Of a DNA stretch of 64,000 nucleotides, positions 51,064-60,473 are shown one piece after another. Below the pieces are notes generated by a model. It made no database searches. It had not been told where the DNA came from and saw nothing but the letters and a program-made list of their open reading frames with translations. The position numbers were made by a program, and so were the translations under genes. This DNA is from an uncultured Gammaproteobacteria bacterium (lineage in GTDB: Bacteria; Patescibacteriota; Patescibacteriia; 2-01-FULL-39-33), in NCBI GenBank assembly GCA_964558935.1, contig CAZLFP010000002.1, positions 16,356-80,355 of the forward strand, read 5' to 3'. The number at the start of each line of letters is the position of its first letter. Positions within the stretch are counted from its first letter, which is position 1.

Positions 51064-51509
51064 CTATTGAGAGCACTTTACAGGCAGATTTCTGTCTGTT
51101 AGTTGGTGGATTTGGCTGCCCCCCTCCTGCAGTCAAACTACCGTGAATTATGGCCCCATCTTTTTGGATGGAGTCATATACTAACAGGCAGTGATCTGCT
51201 TGTCAGTGCCAGATCTTGGAGAGGATGAGTCGACCAGGAAACTCAATTCCTCCTTTAGTTACCAACAACGGTCACTCTTGGTCCTCATCCTCTCCAACCT
51301 CAATAGTTTCTTCTATGGGGCAGCTACGTAGTGCTAAATAGCTCGTAGGCGCCTAAGGGCTTTTTTAGCTTACCTGTCCCACCAATTTACTGCCGGGAGT
51401 AGAGCAGAACAACAGTGCGCAACCAGATGCATTGCACACCATCCATCCAGAGATGCTCTACTCCCGACCAGACAATACAACGGTTACTTGCGCAAGTAAC
51501 CGTTTTTTT
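51064..51509 (+). ncRNA. Candidate large structured ncRNA with anti-SD loops
   Basis: Several 8-14 bp helices with repeated G-U pairs on + strand; promoter and terminator; no credible ORF. Confidence 0.75.
51479..51509 (+). terminator. Intrinsic terminator
   Basis: AACGGTTACTT/AAGTAACCGTT followed by T-tract on + strand. Confidence 0.8.
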
Positions 51510-51517
51510 ATTATCTT

Positions 51518-52084
51518 TCAATTATGCAAGTTCATGGCTTCAGGTAATGATTTTGTCAGCAGGTCCTGTACAGCCAGTGATGTTTTGCCCAGGACCGCTC
51601 TTAGTTTTATACCATGTAAGAGATGAATATTTTCTAAAACGTAATCGGCAGTATCCACACGTGCCAATTTTGGTGTTTTAACACCAATTCTAAGTCTGAC
51701 AAAATCTTGAGAACCCAGGGCATGAATAATGGATTTGACACCATTATGACCTCCAGCTGATGAGTTACGGCTGATTCTAATCTGACCAAAGTTTAAATCT
51801 ATATCGTCATGAATAATAATTATATCTGTTAGTTGAGCATGGTAATACTGAGTCACCAGTTGTACGGCCTGTCCCGAATTGTTCATGTAAGTCAGGGGTT
51901 TTGCCAGGATGACTTTTTGTTGTTGCCAATGACCTTCGGTTAGACTGGCTTGCAGTTTGGATTGGTCTTTGAAATTATTTAAATCCAAGTCCTGTTTTAA
52001 TGTGTCTAAAGCCAGAAAACCCAAATTGTGCCAATTTTTACGGTATTGAGGACCGGGATTGCCCAGGCCAATGATGATTTTCAT
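51518..52084 (-). CDS. pth: Peptidyl-tRNA hydrolase
   Basis: IGLGNPG, HNLGF, YMNNSG, HDDID, GGHNGVKS. Confidence 0.96.
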   Translation of the reverse strand: MKIIIGLGNPGPQYRKNWHNLGFLALDTLKQDLDLNNFKDQSKLQASLTEGHWQQQKVILAKPLTYMNNSGQAVQLVTQYYHAQLTDIIIIHDDIDLNFGQIRISRNSSAGGHNGVKSIIHALGSQDFVRLRIGVKTPKLARVDTADYVLENIHLLHGIKLRAVLGKTSLAVQDLLTKSLPEAMNLHN

Positions 52085-52085
52085 A

Positions 52086-53447
52086 CTATTTCTTTTTTGT
52101 ACTCCATTTTTTAACTTCCATTTGAAGGGGAGTGCCAATGATGTTGAATTTTTTTCTTAAGTTGTTTTGAATAAATCTGATGTAAGAGAAATGTAAGATT
52201 GCAGGATCATTTACGTAAATGATAAAGCGAGGCGGATTGGTTTTAACCTGCTCGATGGCGTAGATATACGGGTTCTTCAAGCCCTTGCCTCGAGATGGTC
52301 TGTGTTTCTTAATGTTAGATTTTAAGAATAACTCAAGTTGCTTCTTAGTCAGCTTAATCTTTTTAGCCTGATTAATGTCTAAAATCAGGTCTAAGATTTT
52401 TTTAGTTCTTTGGTTTTCTAAGGCTGAGGTGAAGATGATGGGAGCCCACCACAGGTAAGGAAAATGCTTTTGGTAGTAGTCTATGTATTCTTGAATGGTA
52501 TTGGTTTCTTTGTCAGGAATTAAATCCCATTTATTGGCTACAATCACCAAAGGTTTGGAAGCTTCTAAGATAGCTTGAGTTATCTTTTTATCTTGAGCAT
52601 CGATTTTTTTTTGAGCTTCGGTGACAAACATGACAATGTCCGCGTCTTCAATGGCAGATAAAGATTTCAGGATGGATTTTTTTTCCAAGGTTTCATTATT
52701 AATCTTGCTTTTTCTTCTAATGCCGGCTGTATCAATTAAAACAAAATTCTGATCCTGGTATTCAAATTCAATGTCATGGGCTTCACGGGTCGTGTGCGCA
52801 ATGTCGGTGACAATCACTCGTTCTTCGCCCAAAATGGAGTTTAACAAAGAAGATTTACCGACATTGGGTTTGCCGACAATAGCGATTTTAATCTGTTCTT
52901 TTTGGTCGGCTTTTTTAATTCGAGTATCTTTTTTCGGCAAGCGACTGAAAATGATGTCCAACAGATCTCCACAACCGGAACCGTTGACAGCTGAGATCAT
53001 AATGGGTTCATCCAGGCCCAGTTTGTAGACCTCGGAATCTGCCTGGTGCCACCGAATTGAATCTGCTTTGTTGCCGATTAATAAAGTTCTATCTTTTAAT
53101 TTGCTCTTAATTAAATCCCTGGCCAGTTCTTTATCCTGAGGTAGAATGCCGACTTTGGCATCATAGACAAATAAGATTAAATCTGCTTCCGCAATCGCTT
53201 GCTTGGCTTGTTTTACAATATTGGCTTCAATTGGATTATCCTTTTTGTTATCTATATCCAAGCCACCAGTGTCGATTAAGATAAATTCCCGACCCTGCCA
53301 TTTAACCTTGTCGATGTTGCGGTCTCTAGTTGTACCGGCTATATCTGAAACCAGCGCTTTATTTTTTTCAATTAAGCGATTGAACAAGGTAGATTTGCCG
53401 ACATTGGCTCTTCCAATTATGGCAACTTGCGGTATAGTGGTTTTCAT
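52086..53447 (-). CDS. der: Ribosome biogenesis GTPase Der (EngA)
   Basis: Two G-domains (GRANVGKS, GKPNVGKS) and KH-like tail. Confidence 0.97.
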   Translation of the reverse strand: MKTTIPQVAIIGRANVGKSTLFNRLIEKNKALVSDIAGTTRDRNIDKVKWQGREFILIDTGGLDIDNKKDNPIEANIVKQAKQAIAEADLILFVYDAKVGILPQDKELARDLIKSKLKDRTLLIGNKADSIRWHQADSEVYKLGLDEPIMISAVNGSGCGDLLDIIFSRLPKKDTRIKKADQKEQIKIAIVGKPNVGKSSLLNSILGEERVIVTDIAHTTREAHDIEFEYQDQNFVLIDTAGIRRKSKINNETLEKKSILKSLSAIEDADIVMFVTEAQKKIDAQDKKITQAILEASKPLVIVANKWDLIPDKETNTIQEYIDYYQKHFPYLWWAPIIFTSALENQRTKKILDLILDINQAKKIKLTKKQLELFLKSNIKKHRPSRGKGLKNPYIYAIEQVKTNPPRFIIYVNDPAILHFSYIRFIQNNLRKKFNIIGTPLQMEVKKWSTKKK

Positions 53448-53526
53448 GTCTTTAATGGTAGCTTAAAATGGGTTTTTTTTCAATGAAAAGTAAAACCCAC
53501 CTTAGTGCGTAAGGTGGGTGGGTTGG

Positions 53527-53958
53527 CTAGTCGTACCAATAGCCTTCGTCTTCCAGTATTTGCCGAATGGAATCCGGCAGATATGGCAAGACGATCTGGA
53601 CTTTTTTCTGGGAGGTGGTGGTTATAACCAGCTCACAAGATTCGATTGAGTCTTCGCACATACTTTTGCAGTAGTCTGACTCATAGTACGAATCATTGTA
53701 GTCTGGCTCATCTTCCCAGAAATCGTAAGAGTCATCGCAAAGATTAACTCTGGCCTGTCGCCACACTTTCAGGGGCAGGCCTGGGAGTAGACGCTCGAAC
53801 TGATTACGAGTCATCTCTCCGATACTGAGATTGACCGAACGTCGCCCCAGATTGCGACGCTTGGCCAAATCTTTCTTACGATTCCGTTCAAAACGAAACC
53901 GCCGTGTCTGTTTTTCCGCCTCGACACGGATAGGCGAAGGGGGTCGTAACATGCTCAT
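53527..53958 (-). CDS. Orphan protein with basic N-half and acidic C-half
   Basis: 143 aa; start overlaps upstream stop (ATGA); hairpin downstream. Confidence 0.6.
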   Translation of the reverse strand: MSMLRPPSPIRVEAEKQTRRFRFERNRKKDLAKRRNLGRRSVNLSIGEMTRNQFERLLPGLPLKVWRQARVNLCDDSYDFWEDEPDYNDSYYESDYCKSMCEDSIESCELVITTTSQKKVQIVLPYLPDSIRQILEDEGYWYD

Positions 53959-54041
53959 TCCTCTTGGCGTTGCCGAAGCTCAGCCTTGCCGGATCTGCGA
54001 TCCTGGCGGCTGTAGTGCTTCTTGCCATGTTTGGAGGACAT
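53955..54041 (-). CDS. Putative 28-aa basic microprotein (MSSKHGKKHYSRQDRRSGKAELRQRQEE)
   Basis: AGGAGG 4 nt before ATG; ATGA coupling to next ORF. Confidence 0.5.
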   Translation of the reverse strand: MSSKHGKKHYSRQDRRSGKAELRQRQEE

Positions 54042-54084
54042 GGGTCCTCCTACCTGGATCAGGTGAAGTTAAATCAACCCCAGA

Positions 54085-54277
54085 TGGGGATAGGTTAAAA
54101 ATACCCAGTAAATACCAGATTAAAGCGGATATTAATATTTACGGTGAAATAGTCAGAATTGCTTCTTTGGGTAAGAAATTACCGGCGATTCTCATTAAAG
54201 ATAAGGAGATCGCAGAAACATTTAAATCTATTTTTGAACTGGCTTGGGAAGGCGTTAAGAATCAGTCTAAGAAGTAA
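54085..54277 (+). pseudogene. 3' remnant of a CPR TrmB-like regulator
   Basis: INIYGE.VRIASL...ILIKDKEIAETFKSIFELAW resembles the C-terminus of that family; no start or HTH. Confidence 0.55.
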
Positions 54278-54343
54278 GTCAGATATAAGAAACTACCTTG
54301 TCAGGTGGTTTTATAATTAAAAAAAGGAACGAGTGGCTCGTTC

Positions 54344-54634
54344 CTAAGATTTGGGTTTGTCTTTAAATTCGGCATCAGAGAATCGGTCATGACAGGATAA
54401 ACAGCGTTTGACGGAAATGTACTTATCCGTCGTGTCTGGAACTTGCAGTTCCAGAATCCTGGCAAATTTTTTTAATCCCTCAGGATCTGTACCTCTGGTT
54501 CTACCGCAGCCGGTACAAAAAATGGCAATACCCTGAGACAGCTCTTCAGCTTCGTTTAGCTTTCTGAGCACCGGTTTATGATTACCGGTCGGTTTACTCT
54601 TGACTGCTTGGCCAAGTAATTCTGCTTTGTTCAT
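54344..54634 (-). CDS. Small putative zinc-binding protein
   Basis: CTGC and CLSC pairs; AAAGGAGG SD. Confidence 0.65.
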   Translation of the reverse strand: MNKAELLGQAVKSKPTGNHKPVLRKLNEAEELSQGIAIFCTGCGRTRGTDPEGLKKFARILELQVPDTTDKYISVKRCLSCHDRFSDAEFKDKPKS

Positions 54635-54692
54635 ACGGCCTCCTTTCTGATTGCGTGACTATATATGATACTGGCGATTTCACTGCCAGCGT

Positions 54693-55193
54693 TCACAATA
54701 ATTTCATCCAGATCTGTCTGTCGTGTTCATCGCCTTCCGGATCAAGGCTTTTGGGATATACAATGTCCACATCTGTCTTGGTATCTCCGCCTTTGTCATA
54801 AGTGGAAACCCCCAAAGTTACGCGAATGACTCCGTCGCTGACCTCGTAATCAAAGAAAGCATCAGTGGCAACGTGAGAAGCATAATCTGCATAAGTACCA
54901 ACTGCTGTATAGAATTTAAGCCTCTCGTTCACTTCTGCATAACTTCCCAGTTGCAACTGTTCAAGGATAGAAGCGAGATATTGCCTGAGATAATTGGCAA
55001 AGTAAGCTTTGGGCTCTTTGGGATCACTGGGTTGTCTGTCCATGACATCAGCCAAAGCTTCTTCTTCTGTCATGAAATCGTGTTTTTGTTCTTTCCACTC
55101 TTCCCATTCCACGGCATCGACAACTGCCTCAAAAGCTTCTCTTTCTGCCAAACGGCCGGTCCATTTTTCCGGTTCGTACTTGCGATAAGCCAT
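54693..55193 (-). CDS. Hypothetical protein, probably frameshifted near the C-terminus
   Basis: KFYTAVGT..D....DAFF...VTL pattern; alternate frame continues to 54631. Confidence 0.6.
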   Translation of the reverse strand: MAYRKYEPEKWTGRLAEREAFEAVVDAVEWEEWKEQKHDFMTEEEALADVMDRQPSDPKEPKAYFANYLRQYLASILEQLQLGSYAEVNERLKFYTAVGTYADYASHVATDAFFDYEVSDGVIRVTLGVSTYDKGGDTKTDVDIVYPKSLDPEGDEHDRQIWMKLL

Positions 55194-55294
55194 ATCATTG
55201 GATTATTGCTTAATGAGTATATCTTACCATGAAATTTATGTCAAGACAAGGTTGACTTGTGACTTAAAATAAGATATAATCTTGTTTGTACCTT

Positions 55295-55366
55295 GGGGCT
55301 ATCGTCTAGTGGTTAGGACACCAGGTTTTCATCCTGGTAACCGGGGTTCGATTCCCCGTGGCCCTA
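55295..55366 (+). tRNA. tRNA-Glu(TTC)
   Basis: Cloverleaf, anticodon TTC; promoter immediately upstream. Confidence 0.95.
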
Positions 55367-55454
55367 CTTGGATAAATAAAAAACAACCAAACATGGTTGT
55401 TTTTTTATAGATCAGAAAAACCTCATTTCACGTTTGAAATGAGGTTAAGTGCTT

Positions 55455-55935
55455 TTAGTCTTCTTCCAATTTTATCATCTGTTCCAGGCACATTAAGGTC
55501 GAGATCAGATGACCAGCCCGCTTGGCTTTTTCCAAATTTTCTGTGGAAATCTGGCAGACTTGCCAGTCTTGGCAAATCAAGATATTCTCGCATTGAACAT
55601 GCGGATCAAAGGCAAGCGACATTTCTGTCAAAAACAGATGTTCAATGAGGGGGAGCAACCCTAATCAGATTGGCGTTCTCACTTATGAATTTGGCTTTGA
55701 TAGCCGTTCGCTTTTTAACGCTGTCTTCAGCTTCAAGCTGTTGTCGTAGCTGTCTGAATACACGATCACACCGATCTTTATTCTGAGCTCGAATGATCGA
55801 AAGGCGTTTTTGGTAGTCGTTGAGAGTACCAAGGAATGTAGTGCCAAAAATGCCTTCAATCGTAGGATTCCATTCACTAATAGTTGCTTCGCTTAAGCAA
55901 CTCATCTGATGTTGAAGTTGGTCTAAGAAACTCAT
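55455..55935 (-). pseudogene. Orphan gene split by a +1 frameshift
   Basis: AGGAGG-led ORF 55935-55642 overlaps ORF 55658-55455 at GGG/CCCCC runs. Confidence 0.5.
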
Positions 55936-56046
55936 CGCTTTCCTCCTGTGTTGGTTGAAATAGCTTCTTACTTGTATCATAAAACATTAAATTTGTCAAT
56001 GTGAGCATTGAATATTCTCTGCCAGCATGCTATAATCCCAAGGATT

Positions 56047-57057
56047 ATGCATATCTTAGCCATTGAAACATCTTGCGATGAAACTGCAGCGGCCGTTATT
56101 TGTCACAGCCGTGGTCAACTTAACATTGTCTCAAATTTGGTTTCTTCCCAAATAGACATTCATAAACAATATGGAGGTGTTGTGCCAGAAGTGGCGGCGC
56201 GGGAGCATGTTAAGAATATTATTCCGGTTATTGAGCAAGCTCTTTGCCAGGCCAAAGTCAAACCGGATAAAATTGATCTGTTAGCCACTGTATCTGGTCC
56301 CGGTCTGATTACCTCGCTTATGGTGGGAGTAGAAGCCGCGAAAGCTTTGTCTTACGCCTGGCAAATACCACTGCTGCCAGTCAATCATATGTATGCCCAT
56401 ATGGCTGGTAATTTTTTAACAGCTTTGGAATTTCCGGCTTTGTGTTTGATTGTGTCCGGTGGTCATACCGAATTAATTTATTTAAAGGATTATTTTAGCT
56501 TTGAAAAGCTGGGAGCCACCATTGATGATGCGGCGGGAGAAGCATTTGATAAAGTGGCTAAGTTACTGGATTTAGGCTATCCGGGTGGACCCATTGTGTC
56601 TAAGTTGGCTTTAGATGGTGATCCCAAAGCTTTCGCCTTCCCCAGGCCGATGCTAAACCGTCAGAACTCTGACTTTAGTTTCTCTGGTTTAAAAACAGCT
56701 GTTTTGTATGCAGTACAAAAACACACAGGCAGATCTCGACAGTTTCAGGCAGACATTTGTGCTTCTTTCCAACAAGCAGTGATAGATACATTGGTTGGTA
56801 AGACTGTGAAGGCAGCCAAAGAGTATGATGTTAAAACTGTCATGTTGGCCGGTGGAGTGGCAGCTAACCAGGCATTAAGGTCAACTTTAGAGCAAAGAGT
56901 TACGGATTTGAATCTGGAATTTAAGGTGCCGGAATTCAAGCTTTGTACCGATAATGCTGCTATGGTTGGCATTGCTGCCTATTTTTTGTCTCAAAAGCAA
57001 AAGATTAAACTGGATAATTGGAAAAAAATAAGTGTAGATCCTAATTGGGAATTATGA
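56047..57057 (+). CDS. tsaD: tRNA t6A synthase TsaD
   Basis: IETSCDET, GGVVPE, HMYAH, SGGHT, DDAAGEAFDK, TDNAAM. Confidence 0.97.
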   Translation: MHILAIETSCDETAAAVICHSRGQLNIVSNLVSSQIDIHKQYGGVVPEVAAREHVKNIIPVIEQALCQAKVKPDKIDLLATVSGPGLITSLMVGVEAAKALSYAWQIPLLPVNHMYAHMAGNFLTALEFPALCLIVSGGHTELIYLKDYFSFEKLGATIDDAAGEAFDKVAKLLDLGYPGGPIVSKLALDGDPKAFAFPRPMLNRQNSDFSFSGLKTAVLYAVQKHTGRSRQFQADICASFQQAVIDTLVGKTVKAAKEYDVKTVMLAGGVAANQALRSTLEQRVTDLNLEFKVPEFKLCTDNAAMVGIAAYFLSQKQKIKLDNWKKISVDPNWEL

Positions 57058-57461
57058 AAATAATCTCTAAAAGTGAAAAAGAAACTTTGAAAATCGCTCA
57101 GGCTTTGACTGCCAAACTGCAAGGTGGAGAAGTCTTGTGTTTAATGGGAGATCTGGGTTCCGGTAAGACAGTTTTCACCAAAGGCGTAGCCAAAGCTTTA
57201 AAGATCAAACAAACAATTACCAGTCCGACCTTTGTGTTAATGAAAGTTTATGAAGGAACTAAGCAGTTGGTGCATATTGATGCGTATCGGTTGAGATCAG
57301 GTGATGAATTGGAGGCGATCGGAGCTACCGATTACTTTCATGATCCCAAGACCATTACCGTAATTGAATGGGCAGAACGCGTCAAAGATATTTGGCCGGA
57401 TAACCGGCGAGTCATTGAATTCAAAGTACAGGGAGATAACAGGCAGATTATAATCAAGTAG
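57054..57461 (+). CDS. tsaE: TsaE ATPase
   Basis: GDLGSGKT, SPTF, HIDAYRL, IEWA. Confidence 0.96.
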   Translation: MKIISKSEKETLKIAQALTAKLQGGEVLCLMGDLGSGKTVFTKGVAKALKIKQTITSPTFVLMKVYEGTKQLVHIDAYRLRSGDELEAIGATDYFHDPKTITVIEWAERVKDIWPDNRRVIEFKVQGDNRQIIIK

Positions 57462-57533
57462 ACAAGATCAAACAATAAACTCGGGCTTAACCCGAGTTTT
57501 TTTAATCTCATTACCAAACCAATGGTCCGTTCT

Positions 57534-59231
57534 CTATTCAGCCACTCTAAAGACTTCTTCAACTGTGGTAATCCCGTCCAAAGCTTTTAATAAGCCGTCT
57601 TGAGCCATGGTTATTACACCCTTGTCATGAGCTATTTTCTTAACTTCCACCTCAGATATGTCAGAATTAATTTTTTGTTTAACATCATCATCTATGGGCA
57701 TGATTTCGTAAATGCCAATTCTGCCTTTAAAAGTCAGACCCTGACATTTGTCACAACCTTGGCCGGCATAAAACTTTAGATTATTAATATCCACTTGTTC
57801 ACCTGAGGCTGCAGGTATTTTGGCCAGTAAATTTTTAGCTCTTTCCAGCAGTTCAGACTCCAGTTCTACTTCTTGTTTGCAGTGATCACAAATACGTCTG
57901 ACCAGTCTTTGTCCAATGGCTACGTTTAAAGCTGGTGCTAGTAAGAACGGTTTAACGCCCATAGATAGAAATCTGGGAATAGTGCCAAAGGCATCATTGG
58001 TATGAATGGTGGATAGCACTAAGTGTCCGGTTAATGCGGCTTGAATGGCAATTTCAGCCGTTTCCAAGTCTCTGATTTCACCCACCATAATAATATCCGG
58101 ATCTTGGCGCACAATCGATCTTAAACCTTTGGCAAAAGTATAGTCTTTGTTGACTTGACTTTGGTTAATGCCTTCCAGCTCGTATTCGATTGGATCCTCA
58201 ATGGTAATAATTTTCGTTTCCGGATTGTTCAATTTTCTCAAGATCGAATACAGAGTGGTGGTTTTACCGGAACCGGTTGGACCGGTCGTAATGATCATGC
58301 CATTGGGACGACTAATTTCTCTTTGTAGAACCTTAAAAGCTTGTCCTCTCAGGCCTAAATCTTCAAACGCCAAACCAACAGCTGTTGACATGAGAAGACG
58401 CATTACAATGCTTTCTCCAAAAGCAGTTGGCAGAGCAGAGACACGCACATCCACCTTGCCTTGGTCTAAATAGATAGTAAATCTACCATCTTGTGGTCGG
58501 TCTGTGATATTGATTTTCAACTGAGCCAATTGTTTCATTCTGGAAGCCACCTTGGGCCAGATTTCTTTATTTAAAATGGCAGCATCGTTTAATACACCGT
58601 CAATTCTGTATCTAATCTTGACATCTTTTTCTTCAGCTTCAATATGAATATCTGACGAACGTGCCTTAATGGCGGCAGCGATCAGCAGGGTTACCATGTC
58701 TGTAATGGAGGTTTTTTGAATGGTTTGGTTTAAAGTTGTAAAGTCAGCGATTTCTTTTTCAAAGCGGTCCAAGTCAGCTTGCTTAATGTCTAAACCGGAT
58801 TTGAATTCCCTTAATTTGGGAAGAATTTGGTATAGTTTGTAGGCGGATTGAAAGCTGTTTTCCGACATCAGGCTGATTGAAACTTGGGCATGTAATTTAT
58901 CTGACAGCTCTTTAGCCAAATTCTTAATATTTTGGTTGTAGTCTGTGGTCGCAATTTTAATGGTTGCCCCGTCGTTTAAATAACAAATGACTTTGTGTTT
59001 TTGGGAGGTGGCTTCATCTAGTGTTCGAATACTTTCCGGGCTGATTTGAAAGCCAACCAAATTAACATAGCCAATACCAAGTAAAGCGGCTTTGTTTTCC
59101 GTTTCTTCTTCTATGTCTTTTAAGGTGATTTGTTTGATCTTGGATTGTAATTCTTGTTCAGTTGAAGCGTCCTCATCTGCCTGGCCTTTATGGCTGGGCA
59201 GCAAGTCTTCAATGGATGGACCGATTCCCAT
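57534..59231 (-). CDS. PilB/GspE family assembly ATPase
   Basis: SDIHIE, PQDGR, GPTGSGKTTT, RQDPD, tetracysteine, GRIGIYE. Confidence 0.93.
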   Translation of the reverse strand: MGIGPSIEDLLPSHKGQADEDASTEQELQSKIKQITLKDIEEETENKAALLGIGYVNLVGFQISPESIRTLDEATSQKHKVICYLNDGATIKIATTDYNQNIKNLAKELSDKLHAQVSISLMSENSFQSAYKLYQILPKLREFKSGLDIKQADLDRFEKEIADFTTLNQTIQKTSITDMVTLLIAAAIKARSSDIHIEAEEKDVKIRYRIDGVLNDAAILNKEIWPKVASRMKQLAQLKINITDRPQDGRFTIYLDQGKVDVRVSALPTAFGESIVMRLLMSTAVGLAFEDLGLRGQAFKVLQREISRPNGMIITTGPTGSGKTTTLYSILRKLNNPETKIITIEDPIEYELEGINQSQVNKDYTFAKGLRSIVRQDPDIIMVGEIRDLETAEIAIQAALTGHLVLSTIHTNDAFGTIPRFLSMGVKPFLLAPALNVAIGQRLVRRICDHCKQEVELESELLERAKNLLAKIPAASGEQVDINNLKFYAGQGCDKCQGLTFKGRIGIYEIMPIDDDVKQKINSDISEVEVKKIAHDKGVITMAQDGLLKALDGITTVEEVFRVAE

Positions 59232-59340
59232 AGTCAAAGTTAGGATAATAATTATTTGTATTATAGACTTTTTAAACTGTCTTTACAAGCATAAACCCCG
59301 CCTTGAATGAGGGCGGGGTTGAGTGAATATTAGCTTGAAG

Positions 59341-60360
59341 TTATTTACTGGCTAGGCGGTCTGTAAATTTTTGGTATGTCCTGATAATCTTAGCTATTCC
59401 GTCATTACTACTGATTTTGTTAAATAAAATTGTCCAGCATGACCATTGAAAAACACTTAAAATAGCTGTTGAGAAAACCACCAAAGCGACAGCTAGGAAG
59501 AAAGTTAAGCCGGCAATAATCAATTTTAAGTAATATGGTATGCCAATGTAAAAAGGTAAGACTACAATCGTAGTGGCGGTTAAGATGGTTGTTAGTAGAG
59601 TAACTGTGACAAAGGTTAAAAAGTAGATGATAAAGAGTAAGAACGCCATTTCCAATGAGACCAACCAATTGCGTTTAAAGAGTTCCCAGGCTTGGTCCAT
59701 AGCTTGGAAGATGGGTTTTTTCTTCAGGACAATGTACAGAATTTGGAAACGCACCAAAAAAGCGACAATAACAGCCAAGAAGACGAAAAGAATGAAAGAT
59801 AGGTAATAGACAATGCGACCAGCGAGTTCCAAATCTGCCAAAAGCAGCAACTCTTTGCCCAAGATATATACGGCTAGCCCTAAGATGACTTTCAGTGTGA
59901 TATCCACCGCCAAGACCGGCCAAAAATATTTATTGCCCTGAACCAGAGCTTGGTTTAAGGATGTTTTACGGTTACGGCTTAAGGTGTTGATGCTGTTGAT
60001 TAAACCAGCTTGCGAGACAACAGAGAGCCAGAGTATAAAGATGGCAAAAGCTATGACTAGCAGCAGCATTAAAAGGGAAGCTAAGATATTTAAAGGATGA
60101 CTGCTCAAACCGGCGTAAATGCCAGTCCATGCATTGCCGCTAATCGCCAGTCCCTCTTGCCAACCGGTGGCAAAACCAACCCAGATACTGTTAAGGAAAC
60201 TGTTCTCCAGCTCTGGATCAGATAAGGTTCTGAACAAAACTTCAAATTCACCACTTGTAACTAAAGCTGCAAAAAAGCCTAGAAACCAAATTGCCTTGAA
60301 TTTCTTGGTAATTGACCAAGCCTGAGCAAAGATTGGTCGGTATAGTTGGTCTGTTCGCAT
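59341..60360 (-). CDS. Hypothetical polytopic membrane protein
   Basis: 339 aa with multiple TM helices. Confidence 0.75.
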   Translation of the reverse strand: MRTDQLYRPIFAQAWSITKKFKAIWFLGFFAALVTSGEFEVLFRTLSDPELENSFLNSIWVGFATGWQEGLAISGNAWTGIYAGLSSHPLNILASLLMLLLVIAFAIFILWLSVVSQAGLINSINTLSRNRKTSLNQALVQGNKYFWPVLAVDITLKVILGLAVYILGKELLLLADLELAGRIVYYLSFILFVFLAVIVAFLVRFQILYIVLKKKPIFQAMDQAWELFKRNWLVSLEMAFLLFIIYFLTFVTVTLLTTILTATTIVVLPFYIGIPYYLKLIIAGLTFFLAVALVVFSTAILSVFQWSCWTILFNKISSNDGIAKIIRTYQKFTDRLASK

Positions 60361-60473
60361 ATCTTAGATTATTTTTTATCTCCCTTATATTATAACATAA
60401 AAAAGAAAATGTAGAAATAAAAAAGAATATCAATTAAAAAAACTCCCCATACAGGGGAGTTTTAGATCTAACC

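Noticed and set aside
51226-51342. 38-codon ORF (MSRPGNSIPP...) inside the structured RNA, as a possible type I toxin
   Set aside because: Not hydrophobic, start buried in a 14-bp helix, and GGAG too close to the ATG
51064-51470. Minus-strand CsrB-like RNA with GGA loops
   Set aside because: G-U pairs, promoter and terminator T-tract all favour the + strand
55419-55446. parS-like TTTCACGTTTGAAA
   Set aside because: Two extra bases break the parS palindrome; it is the loop of a terminator hairpin
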